A DNA stretch of 64,000 nucleotides, from NCBI GenBank assembly GCA_904063045.1, contig CAJFCJ010000009.1, positions 2,232,968-2,296,967 of the forward strand. Reading direction: 5' to 3'. The notes beneath the pieces are model-generated. The model saw nothing but the letters and a program-made list of their open reading frames with translations. It had not been told where the DNA came from and did not search any database. Shown here piece after piece: positions 41,580-55,106 of the stretch. The stretch's first letter is position 1; every line of letters begins with the position of its first letter. The stretch comes from Dimorphilus gyrociliatus. Lineage: Eukaryota; Animalia; Annelida. Made by a program: the position numbers and the translations under genes.

Positions 41580-43360
41580 TCATAGCCTTTCTCTAAGTGA
41601 TGTCATTGATAGCTCGTTTATCACTTTCCAAGCATAATTGATATCATCTGACGTTGTACGTTGCGAGCACACGACAAATCTCAAATAGTATCTTGATTTT
41701 GAAGCTCCTGCTATTAGATATATTCTTTTGTCCTTATATAAAGCATCGTGTAAATTCTTTGTAAGTTGATCATCGCCCTGTAAAAATTCCGTTTTAGTAA
41801 GTAACAGTTCTTATACTCCATCATTATTTTGCTTCTATTTTACCTTCAAACGGAAGCATACAATTCCCATTGTTACTGGATGAGTTATTTCAAACTTTTC
41901 ACTAGAACGAACGAGGTTTTCAAACTCTTTGGCCAATTCAACGTGCTAAATAAAAGAAAATTATATTCTAACTTTGTGTTGTAATTGACAGATAACAGCT
42001 TACTTTTCTTATATAACTTTGTAGGTTGTTGATCCCCATTAAGCGCAGTACGAACCATATCTTAAGCGATCGAAATCGTCTTCCTAGAGGTATTTGCCAA
42101 TTCTGAATTTCAATACATTTGTAAATTTCTTGTGCTTTTAATGTTTAAAAAAAACTATTACTGTACCCGATAATCCAACAACTTTTCCTTTTCTTTACTT
42201 TCGAGATATATTCGATCTACATTAAAACTTTCAACCAAATATTTCTTATTCTTCAACCACAATGTGGAACAGTCGAATGTTACTAAAAGCCATTTATGAG
42301 GGTTAAAGTTGAACGAGTCGGCGAACTAATGATATGGATATGCTATAAATAAATCAAGACTTGTGAATAGTTACCTCTACACCATCAAGAAGTGGTCGAA
42401 ATTCAGGACAAATGAAAGATGATCCAGCATACGCGGCGTCGATATGAAGCCAAATATCATGCTTCTTACCTAAAAAATCACGCGTATATATATAATATAT
42501 ATTATGTATATAGTACACAAAATAGTAAAGATATTTACAAACAGGTCCAACTTCTAGTAGTCTATCAAAGGCACAACTTGGTGTTGTCCCCAAAGTAGCT
42601 ACAACGTAGAATGGAATTAAACCATTGTCAATATCTTTTTGAATCATTTCTTCCAATGCTTCTCCAGTCATCTCTTCGTTTTCATTACTTGGAACACTTC
42701 GATATTCAACGGCGGCCAATAAACAAGCTCTTTCAACTGATGAATGAGCTTGATCAGATGTGTAAACCACAAGTTTTTTTATAGATTTCGAAGAATTAAT
42801 ATGTTTGCTTAAGGCTTTACTTCTTGCAGCCAGCAACATTAAGAATGTTGATTCACTGGCAGTTCCTTGAATGACTCCACCTATTTAGATTAAAAAGAAT
42901 TCTTTTATATTAAATTTATAGAACATAATAAATGAGTAAAAGAACCTCCTTCTCCAGTTGATAAAAACTCTTCAGGTAACTGAAGCATCTTTGCCAACCA
43001 ATCCATCATAGCAAATTCCAATTCGGTGCAGGCAGGACTGGACGCCCAAGAAAAACCTACACAACTTAACGAGTTTGATAACATCTCTGCCAAAATTGAA
43101 GCGTAACAAGTACCACTTGGATAAAATGCGTGAAAATGAGGTGATTGCCAATGGGTTATCCCAGGCATGATAATCTTTTCAAGGTCTCCAAAAACATTTT
43201 TCCATTCGTCAGCCTTTTGCGGAGCCTCCTCAGGTATCAATGATTTCATATAGCCGGGTTCAACATCGGGTAAAGTTTTTCTTTGATCAACTGTGTCAAA
43301 ATAATCAATAATGTAATTCATCAATTGTTTTCCCCTTTCCAAAAACTCTACTGATTCCAT
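41580..43360 (-). CDS. DDC-family PLP decarboxylase paralogue with amd/DHPAAS-like features
   Basis: Same exon structure as the DDC copy; encodes [46 protein letters not shown] and [14 protein letters not shown]. Confidence 0.9.
42249..43010. repeat. Second copy of the near-identical DDC internal block
   Basis: Matches 38183-38944. Confidence 0.9.
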
Positions 43361-43936
43361 TATGTAATTGTTTTTTTTGTCGAAAAAATTTTGATTTTTA
43401 TATTCAGTCCCAACTGAAATGGAATTTTGCTGAGAAGCTATATATATAGACTAAGTATAACAAGAAAGTTCTTATATACCCACATTCAAAGATTATTCAT
43501 ATTAATAAGCGAATTGTTAAAAAATTGTATTCTTTAGGCTTTTATTACTTTTGAACTAAATATGTGAAAAGATATGTTTTATTCAATTAAAATTTGAATC
43601 TGTGACGTAAAACATTTTAATATGTGAAGGTGAACGATCTCTCGATAATAAAAATTCACTCAACAATGACAAGTTCACAGTTACCGGATTCTATACCACA
43701 TTTTTCAACAACTATTCAGTTTTATCCTAATTATCATCCACCAAAATTGCGTGAAGTCTTTTCATAAGCTTGTTGTTATTATTGTTGAGGCTGTTGCTGC
43801 CAAATCATTGTATGTTTTGAAAGGCTTATTTGGGATTTTGTCTAATTTCCTGAAAGAAAAATTTCATATAAAGTTTAGACAAAAAGAAATTCAATTTTTT
43901 TAATATTTATATGAGCGATAATACAAAAAATACAAG

Positions 43937-45402
43937 ATGTTGGGACATATAAGATTAATTCTTCATCGAATAAGCTCGCAACCTCTGTACAAACATCTAT
44001 CATTTTCATTTATAGTCAGATTGATTCTATTCAGATATGGTTTATGGCATGATAAACATATCCGTCCGCCTTATACTGATGTGGATTATTACGTGTTTTC
44101 TGATGCTGTGAACTCTGTCGCCGAGGTTCAGTATACTTCTATATATATGATCTATATCTCTTCTATTTCCGTTATTGTTTCAATCATAGGGAGGTTCACC
44201 ATACGATAGAGCTACATATCGATATACCCCTCTTCTAGCATGGATCCTTTTACCCAACTATTACATCTCACCACATTTCGGAAAAATTCTCTTCATGATT
44301 TTTGACATCATCGCCTCTTACTTAATATACGATATTGTGTGTTATTGTAAAGGATTTAACCATAAAACAGGGATTATGAGTTCCATGGTTTGGCTATATA
44401 ATCCAATAACTGCTACAGTATCAAGCAGAGGGAATGCTGAAAGTTTAATGGCTGTTCTTGTTCTTTTAACTTTAAAATACCTTATGAAATGTAAAGAAAG
44501 TATGAAAAATTTGTGCTTGACTGGTTTTTATTACGGAATATCAGTTCACTTTAAAATTTATCCAATAACTTACGCACTTCCGTTTTATCTTGTTATATGC
44601 AGTGATTTAAATAAGAAATGGTGTCTCTTTGGTTATCCAATCCTACCTGATTGGAGAAGAATCAACTTTATATTCTGTTCAGCATCAACTTTCATACTTT
44701 TAACTTTTATTGGCTATTACGCGTATGTATTAGCATATTGATATATTATTAATGAACGTATATTATCGTACTTTAGGTATGGTTGGATATTCATTGAAGA
44801 AACATATCTTTATCACCTTACCAGGAAGGATATTAAACACAATTTTTCCCCATATTTCTATATGTATTATTTATATACCAACACTAATTGGTCAAAACTA
44901 TTATCTCTCGTTGTTTTTATACCTCAATTAACTATTTGGATTGCTTCAGCGTTTAAATTTGCTAAGAAAATAGAATTAGTGTGTTTTGTTCATACTTTTA
45001 CTTTTGTAGCATTTAATAAAGTTTGCACTTCTCAGGTAAGAAACACTATTTAAATTATTTAAAATAAGATTAACTTCCTTGTTTCAGTACTTTTTATGGT
45101 ATTTAAGTCTTTTACCATTAATTATACCTTATATGAAAATATCTGTTTTTAAAGCTGTTTTTCTAGTATTGGCATGGATAGTTTCACAAGTAAGAATCAA
45201 TTTTCATCATTCTATTCTCTATTCACATCCATCTATACAGGGTTTATGGTTACAAAATGCCTACTATCTTGAGTTTTTAGGAAGAAATACGTTTCGTGGA
45301 ATATGGATGTCCGGACTTTTTTTCCAACTTGTTAATGCCTTCATCGTATTAACAGTTGTACAGTCGTACAAAGATAAGAAATCGAATGACAAAGATAAAT
45401 GA
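43937..45402 (+). CDS. PIGM: GPI mannosyltransferase 1
   Basis: Encodes YTDVDYYVFSDA, SPYDRATYRYTPLLAW, SSRGNAES, SVHFKIYP, YLYHLTRKDIKHNFSPYFY and FVAFNKVCTSQYFLWY. Confidence 0.96.
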
Positions 45403-45564
45403 ACATTCAAAAATTAATTTGAAAATTTCAACAGCATTGGCATTTCTTTGAAATAGACGAATAATGCAATCGAAGAATTGTTTCGGGTTTTTATAAAGAT
45501 ACTTTTATTTTATAACAAAACATCGACAAATACAAAAATTGACTTAAGAATAGTCTATTTGAAA

Positions 45565-46681
45565 TTAAGTGTCCATATCTTCGTCCTCTCTATCTCCGTT
45601 TGCGGCCTTTGCTATATCTGTAGACAAAGCGTAAGAAGAAATCTCGACTTTTGAATGAAACAACACTTACCCATATGCACATCATCTCGGCCAGGAACTT
45701 GTCCTGATTTTAGCATAGCTTGAAGTTTTTCTACACTCTCCATCGAATCAGCATTCTCAATTGCTTTCTAAGAAGACAAAAAAAAATAAATAAGCTAAAA
45801 AAGGTAGCAAATTATGGTAGTATTACTTTGATGAGATCTCTTTCCTCTTTCTCTGCGGCCGTTCTTTGAGGTACTTTTACTGGTTCGCCAGGTACAAAAG
45901 TATTGGACTTCTTTCCGAGATCTTCCGCAAGAGCTTGACCTTTCTTGCCTTTGAACATTTTAGTTGCTGTATCTCTCTCCTTACAAGCAAAAAGTAACAC
46001 GGTCATCACTTGTCAATATTTTATATTATAAACTTACAATCTTTCGAACTCTTTGAAAGTCCAAAATGCGCACTTGGGGCAACTTATGAATTATATATAA
46101 TCTGTAATCTTTCTTGTTGGCTATAGGATTTCTCATGAAACTATAAATAAAAATAATGAATAATTAGGCAAAAATATTATATTAAAAAAGTTTTTATGTA
46201 GAGCAAACATACCTGACAGTTGTTAATTTTTTTAATTCTTGTAAAGAATCGATATCTCCTAACTCCTGAAGGTTATTATTTGTCAATATGAGAGTTTCCA
46301 AATTTGGTAAGCATTCTTCAAGACCAGAAGCAATTCGCCTAATAAGTTTAAAATGTATTATAAGAAATCATGTGTACATTTAAATTCCACACTACTTACT
46401 GTATTCTATTATTGCCCAGAAGTAAGTTTTTCAATCGTCTTAAAAGTGGAAATCCGTCAAGTTTTCGAACCTCATTGTCAGTCATATCAATAGTATCGAA
46501 CTGGTCCTATATTGTACTAAAATTCTAAGCATTTAAAATCAAATAACGAGATACTAACCAGAGTTGCTCCAAGATTTTCAATCATTGGAAATTTATATCC
46601 ACGCAGTTGCAATTCACGGTCCCTCACGGGGTTAGTGAACTGCTCGGCTTGTTCAATTAAATCAACAGTCAATTTTACCAT
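45565..46681 (-). CDS. SNRPA1: U2 snRNP protein A'
   Basis: Encodes MVKLTVDLIEQAEQFTNPVRDRELQLRGYKFPMIENLGATL, DQFDTIDMTDNEVRKLDGFPLLRRL and PNLETLILTNN. Confidence 0.96.
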
Positions 46682-46800
46682 TTTTTATCAATAACAAAGT
46701 ATTCAATTACAATAAATATGTATCGGCGTCTACAAAGCGATATTACCTCAATATCTAAAAGACGACATTTTAGGGATATTCCGTTTCCGGGGAGTCAGAA

Positions 46801-46812
46801 CGCGCATGCGCA
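46801..46812. promoter_or_regulatory. NRF1/ewg-type palindromic site CGCGCATGCGCA in the SNRPA1/FAM172A-like divergent promoter
   Basis: Perfect match to the YGCGCAYGCGCR consensus, conspicuous in AT-rich DNA. Confidence 0.65.
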
Positions 46813-47038
46813 GTAAGATAACACTTGACGAATAACCTTCCACTATTTGAATTTCAAGCCAATTTGAAACAATTGTAAAGATAAGCATAAAAATTCCAAA
46901 TTTAATGCTCAATATAAAACATTTCGATCTGTACATTCAATACTTTATGACGTATTATATCAACAAATTATTCTTTGCAAACTGTTTAGAAAAATACGTC
47001 ACTTAGTCATTTTGAAAGATTTAATATTTCTTGCATTC

Positions 47039-48867
47039 ATGTATAGGGAATTAAATCTTAAACCTAGTAAAAAGAGAGTCGAAACACAATTTGTCTCTTT
47101 TACTAAATCGTCTACAGCTGAATTAAGTAGCCCATTAGAAAGTTATAAGATTAACAAAGGTAAAAGAATATTCAAACTTCTAACAGACGATGATCTCTAT
47201 CAAAAGTTTGACGATTTTAGAGAAACAAATCCTTTTTCAACAAAGCGTAAGTATACGAAATAAAGAAGAAATCTTTAATTTCTTATTATAAATAATGAAC
47301 TTTAGCTTACGAGGTTTTAATCAAGCGCCTTGAATCTAAGCATTACGGAGCCAACAAACTCAATAAACTTCGCTTTTTATTTAATGAAGGTTTCTATAAT
47401 TATTTTCATTATTAAAACTAATTTAAACACTAAAAAGTTAATTAGAATTGTAAATTTCATTTCCTCAAAATATAAAAACAAAGATGGCGTCCTCATAAAC
47501 AATAGAACAAACGAACCTATTAAATTTGAGAAATTTAAAAAGAAACTTCAGGAATCCATTCGGAAAGTATTGCAAATTTATCTCCATCAAGAATATCGTA
47601 TTACAGAGTAATTATAATCTTCTTTACTTCTTTCAATGTAGAATATTAATTTCTACATTTATGAACAATTATCAGAAGAAAATATGGGTAGGTTATATGT
47701 ACCAGATGTTCTAAGAGAAGATTTGCAAGATATACAATCTTGTTGTAGATTAAAAGTTAATAAATAATTTTTAAAATTATTAATTTGAATATTATCTTAT
47801 AAAGTAAGTTTTTTTACTTTTTTTTTTTAGAATTATGAACCGAAGAGTCATTTTATCTATGCAACAAAAAATTGGCATTTCGCGAAGAATTTAATAATCT
47901 TTTATCCATCTCCACCAGGTATTCCTGGATTTTGGAATAGAAGGTTTCTATCTATATAGCTTTATAACTATTAAATTTTAATTAAAATTGTTATTAGCTG
48001 GTTATTAGAAGATGGAGTGTCTTTGGAAAAAGCCTCTGTAATACCATTTATAGTAAGAGGTCATGCTGATGGTTATGGGTGTCTTCTTCTTATACCCTAC
48101 TTCAACGTTGGTAGTAATAACAAGCCCCTTTTAGGCTCAGAAAATCCTTTGAATCATGTTAAAACTTTCTGGTCTCGAATTAGTGAATATGCAAGAGGAA
48201 AAATATTTATAATTGCTCATAAATCAGGTTGCGAATTAGCTTTAAAGCACGCAAGTATTAGATTGATAATACTAATTTTATTATCTATGAATTATAAACA
48301 AAACAGGCTTTTAATCAACCTTCCATCTTTGAAAAATATGCTAAAGGATTAGCCCTTATTGATCCTCTAATTTCTAGCATTTTTAAATCTAACGACTATT
48401 TTAAGCAGCTTCTTAAAATGGTAAAAAAAATACAAAATATAATATAAGTAATCTATCCAGTACGATTCTACTTTTAAAGCTAAATATCAGATCCTGGTCA
48501 ACTTCAGATTTACCTCTTAATGAAAGAATCGAGGATTTACCTCTAATTGTCGATGGTACTCACATATCCATTGACCGTTTTTCTGCCGGTAAGAACTAGA
48601 CAAACTATAAATCCTAAAGAAATTAAAATATGTAAGTTTAACACTCCTTTAGGTACTTTATGCGAAGCAGATGTACCAAAAAATACTCTGGGGTCAATCT
48701 TTAAATATTTCGAATGTGTTCAACGTAGTCAGTCCCTTCCTCATCGATTTATCATTAAAAATAAAGTGGAAAGTCAAAACGATTCCCAACAGATAGATAA
48801 AGATAAAACATATACAATTGAAGCAGAAAAGAGTTCTCTTTTAGTTGATCAAACAGAAGAAAGTTGA
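47039..48867 (+). CDS. Divergent FAM172A/ARB2A-like (Arb2 domain) protein
   Basis: Encodes EPKSHFIYATKNW..LIIFYP..GFWNRR, VIPFIVRGHADGYGCLLL, NPLNHVKTFW, IFIIAHKSG, IRSWSTSDLPL and FSAGT..SIFKYF, collinear with FAM172A motifs. The start codon is uncertain. Confidence 0.7.
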
Positions 48868-49032
48868 ACAAGTTGCATGAATTTATCGAATATTTATTTG
48901 TAAAAATCGTTCTGTAAACTAATATAAGTTTGGTATTTACAAAGGATCAATCACTTCTAGCTGGTTGTAAATTAATATTGATCATATAAGATATTATGAT
49001 GAAGAATAAAATAATTTCTCTTCATTAAAACA

Positions 49033-52000
49033 CTAGATAGGCTCCTTTATACTTCCGGTCAAAGATTTCAATAATACAGCATCATTTAATTTAAAACTTT
49101 GAACGTATTGTCCACTTTTAAGAGTTAAAGATATTTTTCCTTGTCGAGTCATAGTAATTACAGTGGTTGATCGATTGAAAAAGAAATTAAAGGATGACTG
49201 ACGATAGTCAATTCCAATTAAACGTAATTGAGCAGTATTTTCTGGTAAGATACACTTAAAAGTCAGACGATCCGGATATAATCGAAAACCGCCATAACCG
49301 AATAATATATTTTGTAAGAATCCTCCCATTCCTATTTTAAAAGCAGTATGATTAAAGTAATATAGTCCTTTTATAGCCAAATATTATCGCTTACCTGTTA
49401 AGAAGTTTGCCGCCGATTTGGAAACGCCTTGAACCGTCTCTGACCAAACCTTATAGAAAATATAAAACAGTATAGGCTTCATTAATTTTAATTAAAATAT
49501 CCATACCTGATACTCATTAACAATGTAGTCCAAATTTTTCCTGAAGAATTTATCGGCTGCCTTTGTTTCATTTAACTCAAGATGACCGATACTGTGCATA
49601 GACCATGTCATTGCTGGACCATTTGGATCGGTTACCTATGAATTATTCATGAAAAGCTTATTACTATATGCATTATGATGAAGATTAATTAGTTCATTTA
49701 CATTTTCGTATATTTTTAAATCGTTAATTTGAGTACTACGCTTCATTTGAACCATCAATGGATATTTTAGTAATACAACATCAGCTTGCTTTACTTTTCT
49801 TCCTATTGTATAACCTTCATATTCTGGATGATAATCTCGCACTTGATCGTAAGGTTTAAATAGTTTGTTGCTAACGTGACTCCATCTATCAGTAATATTA
49901 ACACCGGCTTTAGCCAAAGCTGACAAAGTTCCTCGAATTGACAGATCAGCGATTTCATTAGTATAAATGGAATTATTAACGTGATCATTATATTCATCGG
50001 GTCCAAGAACATCTAATATTTCATATAGTCCTCTACTTTTGCTATAATTACTCCTTGAAACCCAAAAATCGCATATGCCTGTAAGTATCTCCTGATATGG
50101 TCCATTGGAAACTTCAGAGTAGTTTCCTGACGCGTACAAGTACTGTAAAATCGCGAAAGCAACATCTCCAGTGATATGAATTTCTCGATTTCTCGGTCCA
50201 TCAGCAGTAATTGGACATGCTTCTATTCCTGTAAAAGCAGATTCCCAAGGGTATCTTAAACCTTTAAAGCCTGATAATTTTGCATTTTTGGCAGCGAAGA
50301 GTTTCGTTCTATTTCTCGTTTCTACAATCATCTTTCCCCAGTTTTCGTGTAACATTAAAATAGACGGATACATCCACGTTTCTTGATCCCAGAAGACATG
50401 ACCCAGATAATCCTAAAAAATTTATATAAAATATTTAATTATAAACAATATGACATTCATTTCTTACTTGTGCTTCTCGTCCAAAAGGAAGACCTGAAGG
50501 TGATAATCCAATAAAAGGGCTCTTGGGATTACGTCTAACTGGTATTGAACTGTAGAGATAGTATTGAGAGCCGATAACAGCTCTGCTTAGTTCATCATCA
50601 CCGTCGATTTCAATTCTTCCCTCATTCCAAACCTTTCTCCAGGCATCTCTATGAATTTGATAGAGACGATCTTTCTTAATCAATTTTTGGGCTGTATTCA
50701 TATAAGATATTGATAAATAACTTTTAAGCTTTGACTAAAAGCAAAGAGATAAGAATAAACCTTTCTTGTAAGCCCTGAAAGTGTCTACTTTGTTATTCGA
50801 GATTGACGTTATAAAGAACCATTTAGTATTTAAAGGCTCGTCAGCTGATACTTTCATTTTTCTAGATTTGTCATAGAGAATATGAACTTCTGATGGAGGA
50901 ACACCTTCTACCTCTATTGTATTCACATGACCAAATTTATAAATAACATCATCAGGGACATTAATAGTTGTTCTCTGAAAAGTTATATCGTCTCCTCCGT
51001 GCCATTTGATAATATCAAACTCTAATTCAAGATCAATTTCTTGATATCTATGTAATTCGATTTCAACAACCAACAATTCAGTTATATCCCTATGAGCGTA
51101 GAGTTTATGCCTTATTTGGAAATTTCTGTTCATAATATGCTGAATAAAAGTACCTACACAAAGGTAAAGATTAAGGTACCGTAGGAAAAATATTAGCTTT
51201 ATATTGTACTGACCTTCATAGGCATCTAAGACGTATTGTCTCACGAACGCACCATGATTTGGTTTAACACCAGTGATATTAAAAGCACATGTTGTTGGAA
51301 TAATAGCTCTATGAGTATCTCCTTCCTTTGCCAAACCATTGTATAAACCATTTACAAAGACATTTGGTGAGTTTACAACAGTTCCAAGTTGGCCATTGGC
51401 AATAGATGGCCATTCTCGCTGTTCTTTAGGCAAGCTGTTTATAATTTAAAACAGGTTTATTATTTTTCAAAGAAATTAAAACTCTATTAGTATCCAAACA
51501 CTTACTATCTTCTTGCAAAAATGTAATTATCTTTTTCATGTTTTAAAGGTTTTAAGGGCTTAATATCAACGAAAGTGGTCCTATAATAAACTCTAGCTTT
51601 TCCTATGGCTGGAACAAATCTGAACAGGTTTGTTTTCGATTTCAGTTTCCTTGGAATAGTTGAAGAATTAGGAGATGATGTTGGAAAAGTTTGGTATTTC
51701 CACCAAACTATAGGTTCTCTTCCAATTGGTCCTAGAATCTTTGTTTTTTTAATAAGACGCATTCCCATCTGATAGTCCACATGTTTTTGTAACAATTGTC
51801 TTGCTTTTTCTGCCTCTTCATTTATCCTTTCTACATGCTCTTGTAATTTTGGTCCTGATAGTTTATCAGATAATCTATGGCTTTTTAAATTTAAATCTTC
51901 GTCTACCCAATAAGGATTAGGAGCTCTGGGCCTATTGCCATTCGTAAAAGTATGAACACTACTTCCCTTCAACGGTGAGTAACTTATAAAGTATATGAAG

Positions 52001-52074
52001 AAAGTCAGCAAGATGATAATCCACATGATGATTAACCTTTTGTAATATTTACGCATTAACGTCAATTTGATCAT
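49033..52074 (-). CDS. PGGHG: GH65 protein-glucosylgalactosylhydroxylysine glucosidase (ATHL1-like) with N-terminal membrane anchor and stem
   Basis: Encodes SIANGQLGT, GLSPSGLP, YLGHVFWDQETWMYP, YPWESAFTG, EIHITGDV, VLGPDEY (catalytic Glu), VKQADVVLL and NFLTGMGGFLQ. The TA|gtaagt...cag|C splice links the 5' ORF. Confidence 0.85.
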
Positions 52075-52501
52075 GGCTAGGTGAAACAATTCTTTTTAAG
52101 GCAATCAAAAAATATTTTCATGAGAGATCTTTCGCTCCAAATTAAAAGCAAAGGCTGCAAGCTATAGCGGCTTACTGTAGAATATTTAAGCTAATTGAAC
52201 AGTATTTCATTAGGCTAAAAATACAAAGTTTAAAGCTAAAAAATATTTAAACACCTCCTACTGTCTAGCAGACGATTAAATACAACATGACTCAACTTAG
52301 ATCGCTGATTGGTCGACATAATTTTTGGCGCCAAACTAATTCAAGATAATTAAGAAAATATTTAATCAATAAAAGAATAGGAAATTTGTATTTTTTAGAA
52401 AAAGATTCCGTGTAAATAAATATTCATGAATTAGTAAATATATTAATAATTGCAGAGAATGAGAGATAAATGATCAAAATAATAGAGTTCAAGCTTCCTA
52501 T

Positions 52502-55106
52502 TTAGCCTTTCACTCTGGTTAAGCAGTCAATTTGTAAACTCATAGAACTTTTAGCGTCAGCAACAATCTTTTGGGCGTGTTTAGCTTCACTAACGCTGAT
52601 TTTTGGTGCAACTTCGTTTAATCTTGTTAGAACTTTTTGGGCAACGTAAGCCTGAAAAGCAGCCTTTAAACATTGAACATCAACTTGACATTGTAGAGCA
52701 CCAGATATTCCCCAATTTTTTATCTTTCCCAATTTCTTTGCATACTCTCCTAGAATTACTGAACAAATTGGGGTTAAAACATCTTGAACGAGCTGCTCTC
52801 CAACAAGGCATATTTCAGACAATATCTGACAGACGGACACAATAAAATAGGTTACATAAGGTCTTGTAGACGTAACATTTTGAATTGAATCAAAGCCGCT
52901 ATATTGTAGCTGTTCAAATAGTTCACTTAAGATGGGTTTAGTCTTTAAATCGATGTAATCTTTTAGGAAATGCATTCTTTGTTTTTTATAAACTTTCGAA
53001 GCTTCAATATCGATGTTAGAGCATTCAATTTTTAAGCATGCTTCCATTGTATCTTTCAAGTTTGGTATCACCCTATTGCAAGTATAATCGCAGTTAGCTA
53101 ATAGTATAACCAAATGTTCTTTATCGTTGGAAAGCTCCTCCAAAACACTTGAAAAGGATTTTGACAAATCTACTAGTAATTTCCTTATATTTTCCCCCTC
53201 TTTAGGTTGAACTTTAAATATCTGTGGTTCTTGTGTGACTATTTCTCTGATTTGTTGAAGAACATCAGTGACTAGAGTTTCAAATAATCTGGGTAAATGA
53301 CTTCCTTTACCGTCATCTTCAACATTCCAATCTTCTCTTTCTTTGAGAATAGCAACGTCTCTCAGAGCATTTTCCAATAGAGATTTAGTACATGTGATTC
53401 TGACATTTAGGCTGAGATGCTCAATTATAGTTAAGCATTCTTTTGGCAGGCAATCTATGTTGCTTCTAACACTTTGTAATATTCGAACAGCGGCTGGAGA
53501 GGATTTCCCCTCAGACGTCTTTTCTGTCGAAGCTACGACTTGTCTAATTGTTTCTGAGTACTTTCTCAGTATATCAAGAATCAGATTTTTTGCGTGCTCT
53601 TCACTTGACTTAATAGACGCCAATCTCCAAAGTCGCAAAACATACAGTACTAGTGTTGAACTTAAACTTTCAATTTTCTTTAAGCTTGATGAAGTTCCCG
53701 TATTATCTAATTCTTTCATAATCCATTCTGCCAAATTATTTATAACACAAATCGAGGCTTTATTATCTCCCGCAGCTTCTAAGATATTCAAATATCTCTT
53801 CTGCACTTCAAATGGAGTATTCGGACTACTTTTAAGTTTATTTAAAAGAGATTCCCGAAAGAGTGCCATCCGTGTTTCAACTTCTTTAAATACTTTTTGT
53901 AACACTTCCGGCACTCTTTCACCGTCCCTGGCCAATTGAGTGCGAGCTCTAGAATAATCAGTAATAACTGCCTCATATCTTCCTCTTCTCGCCTCCCTTT
54001 CAATAGCTTTTGGTAGCTCAAAGAGTAATCTTAACCTATTTAAGGCCCCAAGTCCAGTTGTGATATTTTCCGCTCTTTCTCTTCTACACAAAACACCTTC
54101 GAATGCCGCCATCGCCGTTAAATTTGCCTTTACAACAGCTTCTTCAAGATGTTTAATAATAGAATTTTCCATTTGATCCTTATCTAATTGAAGTTTTAGT
54201 TCGTTTAGAGCATTTTCACAATCAATTAAAGTTTTAATGTGAGTTTTAAATGACATTAAAGGCTTAAAGCTTTTGGAAGTTGTAGAAGCTCTGAGCTGAT
54301 TGACACCAGCTTTTAAATCTTCCATCGTACAACCAAAGGCATATTTTTCTAATAAATATCTGACAGGATCAAAATTTTCCCTATCAGTATCTCCACTTTT
54401 ACCAGGAAAGTAAGCTTCGAGTGTTGAAATTTCGAACTTTTGTTCTTCGCTCGATTCGTCGGCAATTCTTAAAGGATCGTCATATTCCATACCATCAGCA
54501 GCCATTTTTGAACGCTAACGGTAAATAGACAAATAATTATTAATATAACAATTGATATTTATAACAGGTAAGAACAATTTTCTAACTTGTAAATAAGCAG
54601 TCCACATATTTGTTTCGTCTACCCAATGGTGAGTTTCAGTTTGCAGTCCAACTATGCTTATTTTGCACACAAAAGTTACCATAGAAGTTCCTTGCCCGCC
54701 AGATTGTGTTGTAATAATTACGGATCCTGAAAGGATATAAAAAATCGATTTGAGTTTAATGTCTCGTAATTAATTAAGTAGTTTTAAACTTTCAGTTCTA
54801 TCAAATGTTGAGTATGAGTTAAAAGCACTATGTAATTTAGCAATAGTTTTTTTTACCTTCAATATTTCTAGGTCGGCCTCTTTCTACCACTCCCATTCTT
54901 GTAACAAGACATTTTGAGGTAGAGTATTCGAGACTTGCAGTGCAATCTATATCACATATCTTGATGCTAATCACATCTTCCTGATTTTGTCCAAGGTATT
55001 CTCCGCGAATTTTTATTTTACATCCCGGTCCACCTTCAACAGGACTTATACCTGTCACAACAGGTTTATTCTTTATTTGTACTCGTCCTTTTTTTGCATT
55101 ATCCAT
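52502..55106 (-). CDS. EXOC2: Exocyst complex component 2 (Sec5)
   Basis: N-terminal IPT/TIG domain PVVTGISPVEGGPGCKIKIRGEYLG; ENFDPVRYLLE; LFELPKAI...RYEAVITDYSRA; GALQCQVDVQCL; ~2-kb last exon. Confidence 0.9.

Noticed and set aside
53343-53939. 198-aa plus-strand ORF
   Set aside because: Antisense to the long EXOC2 exon; a codon-bias shadow.
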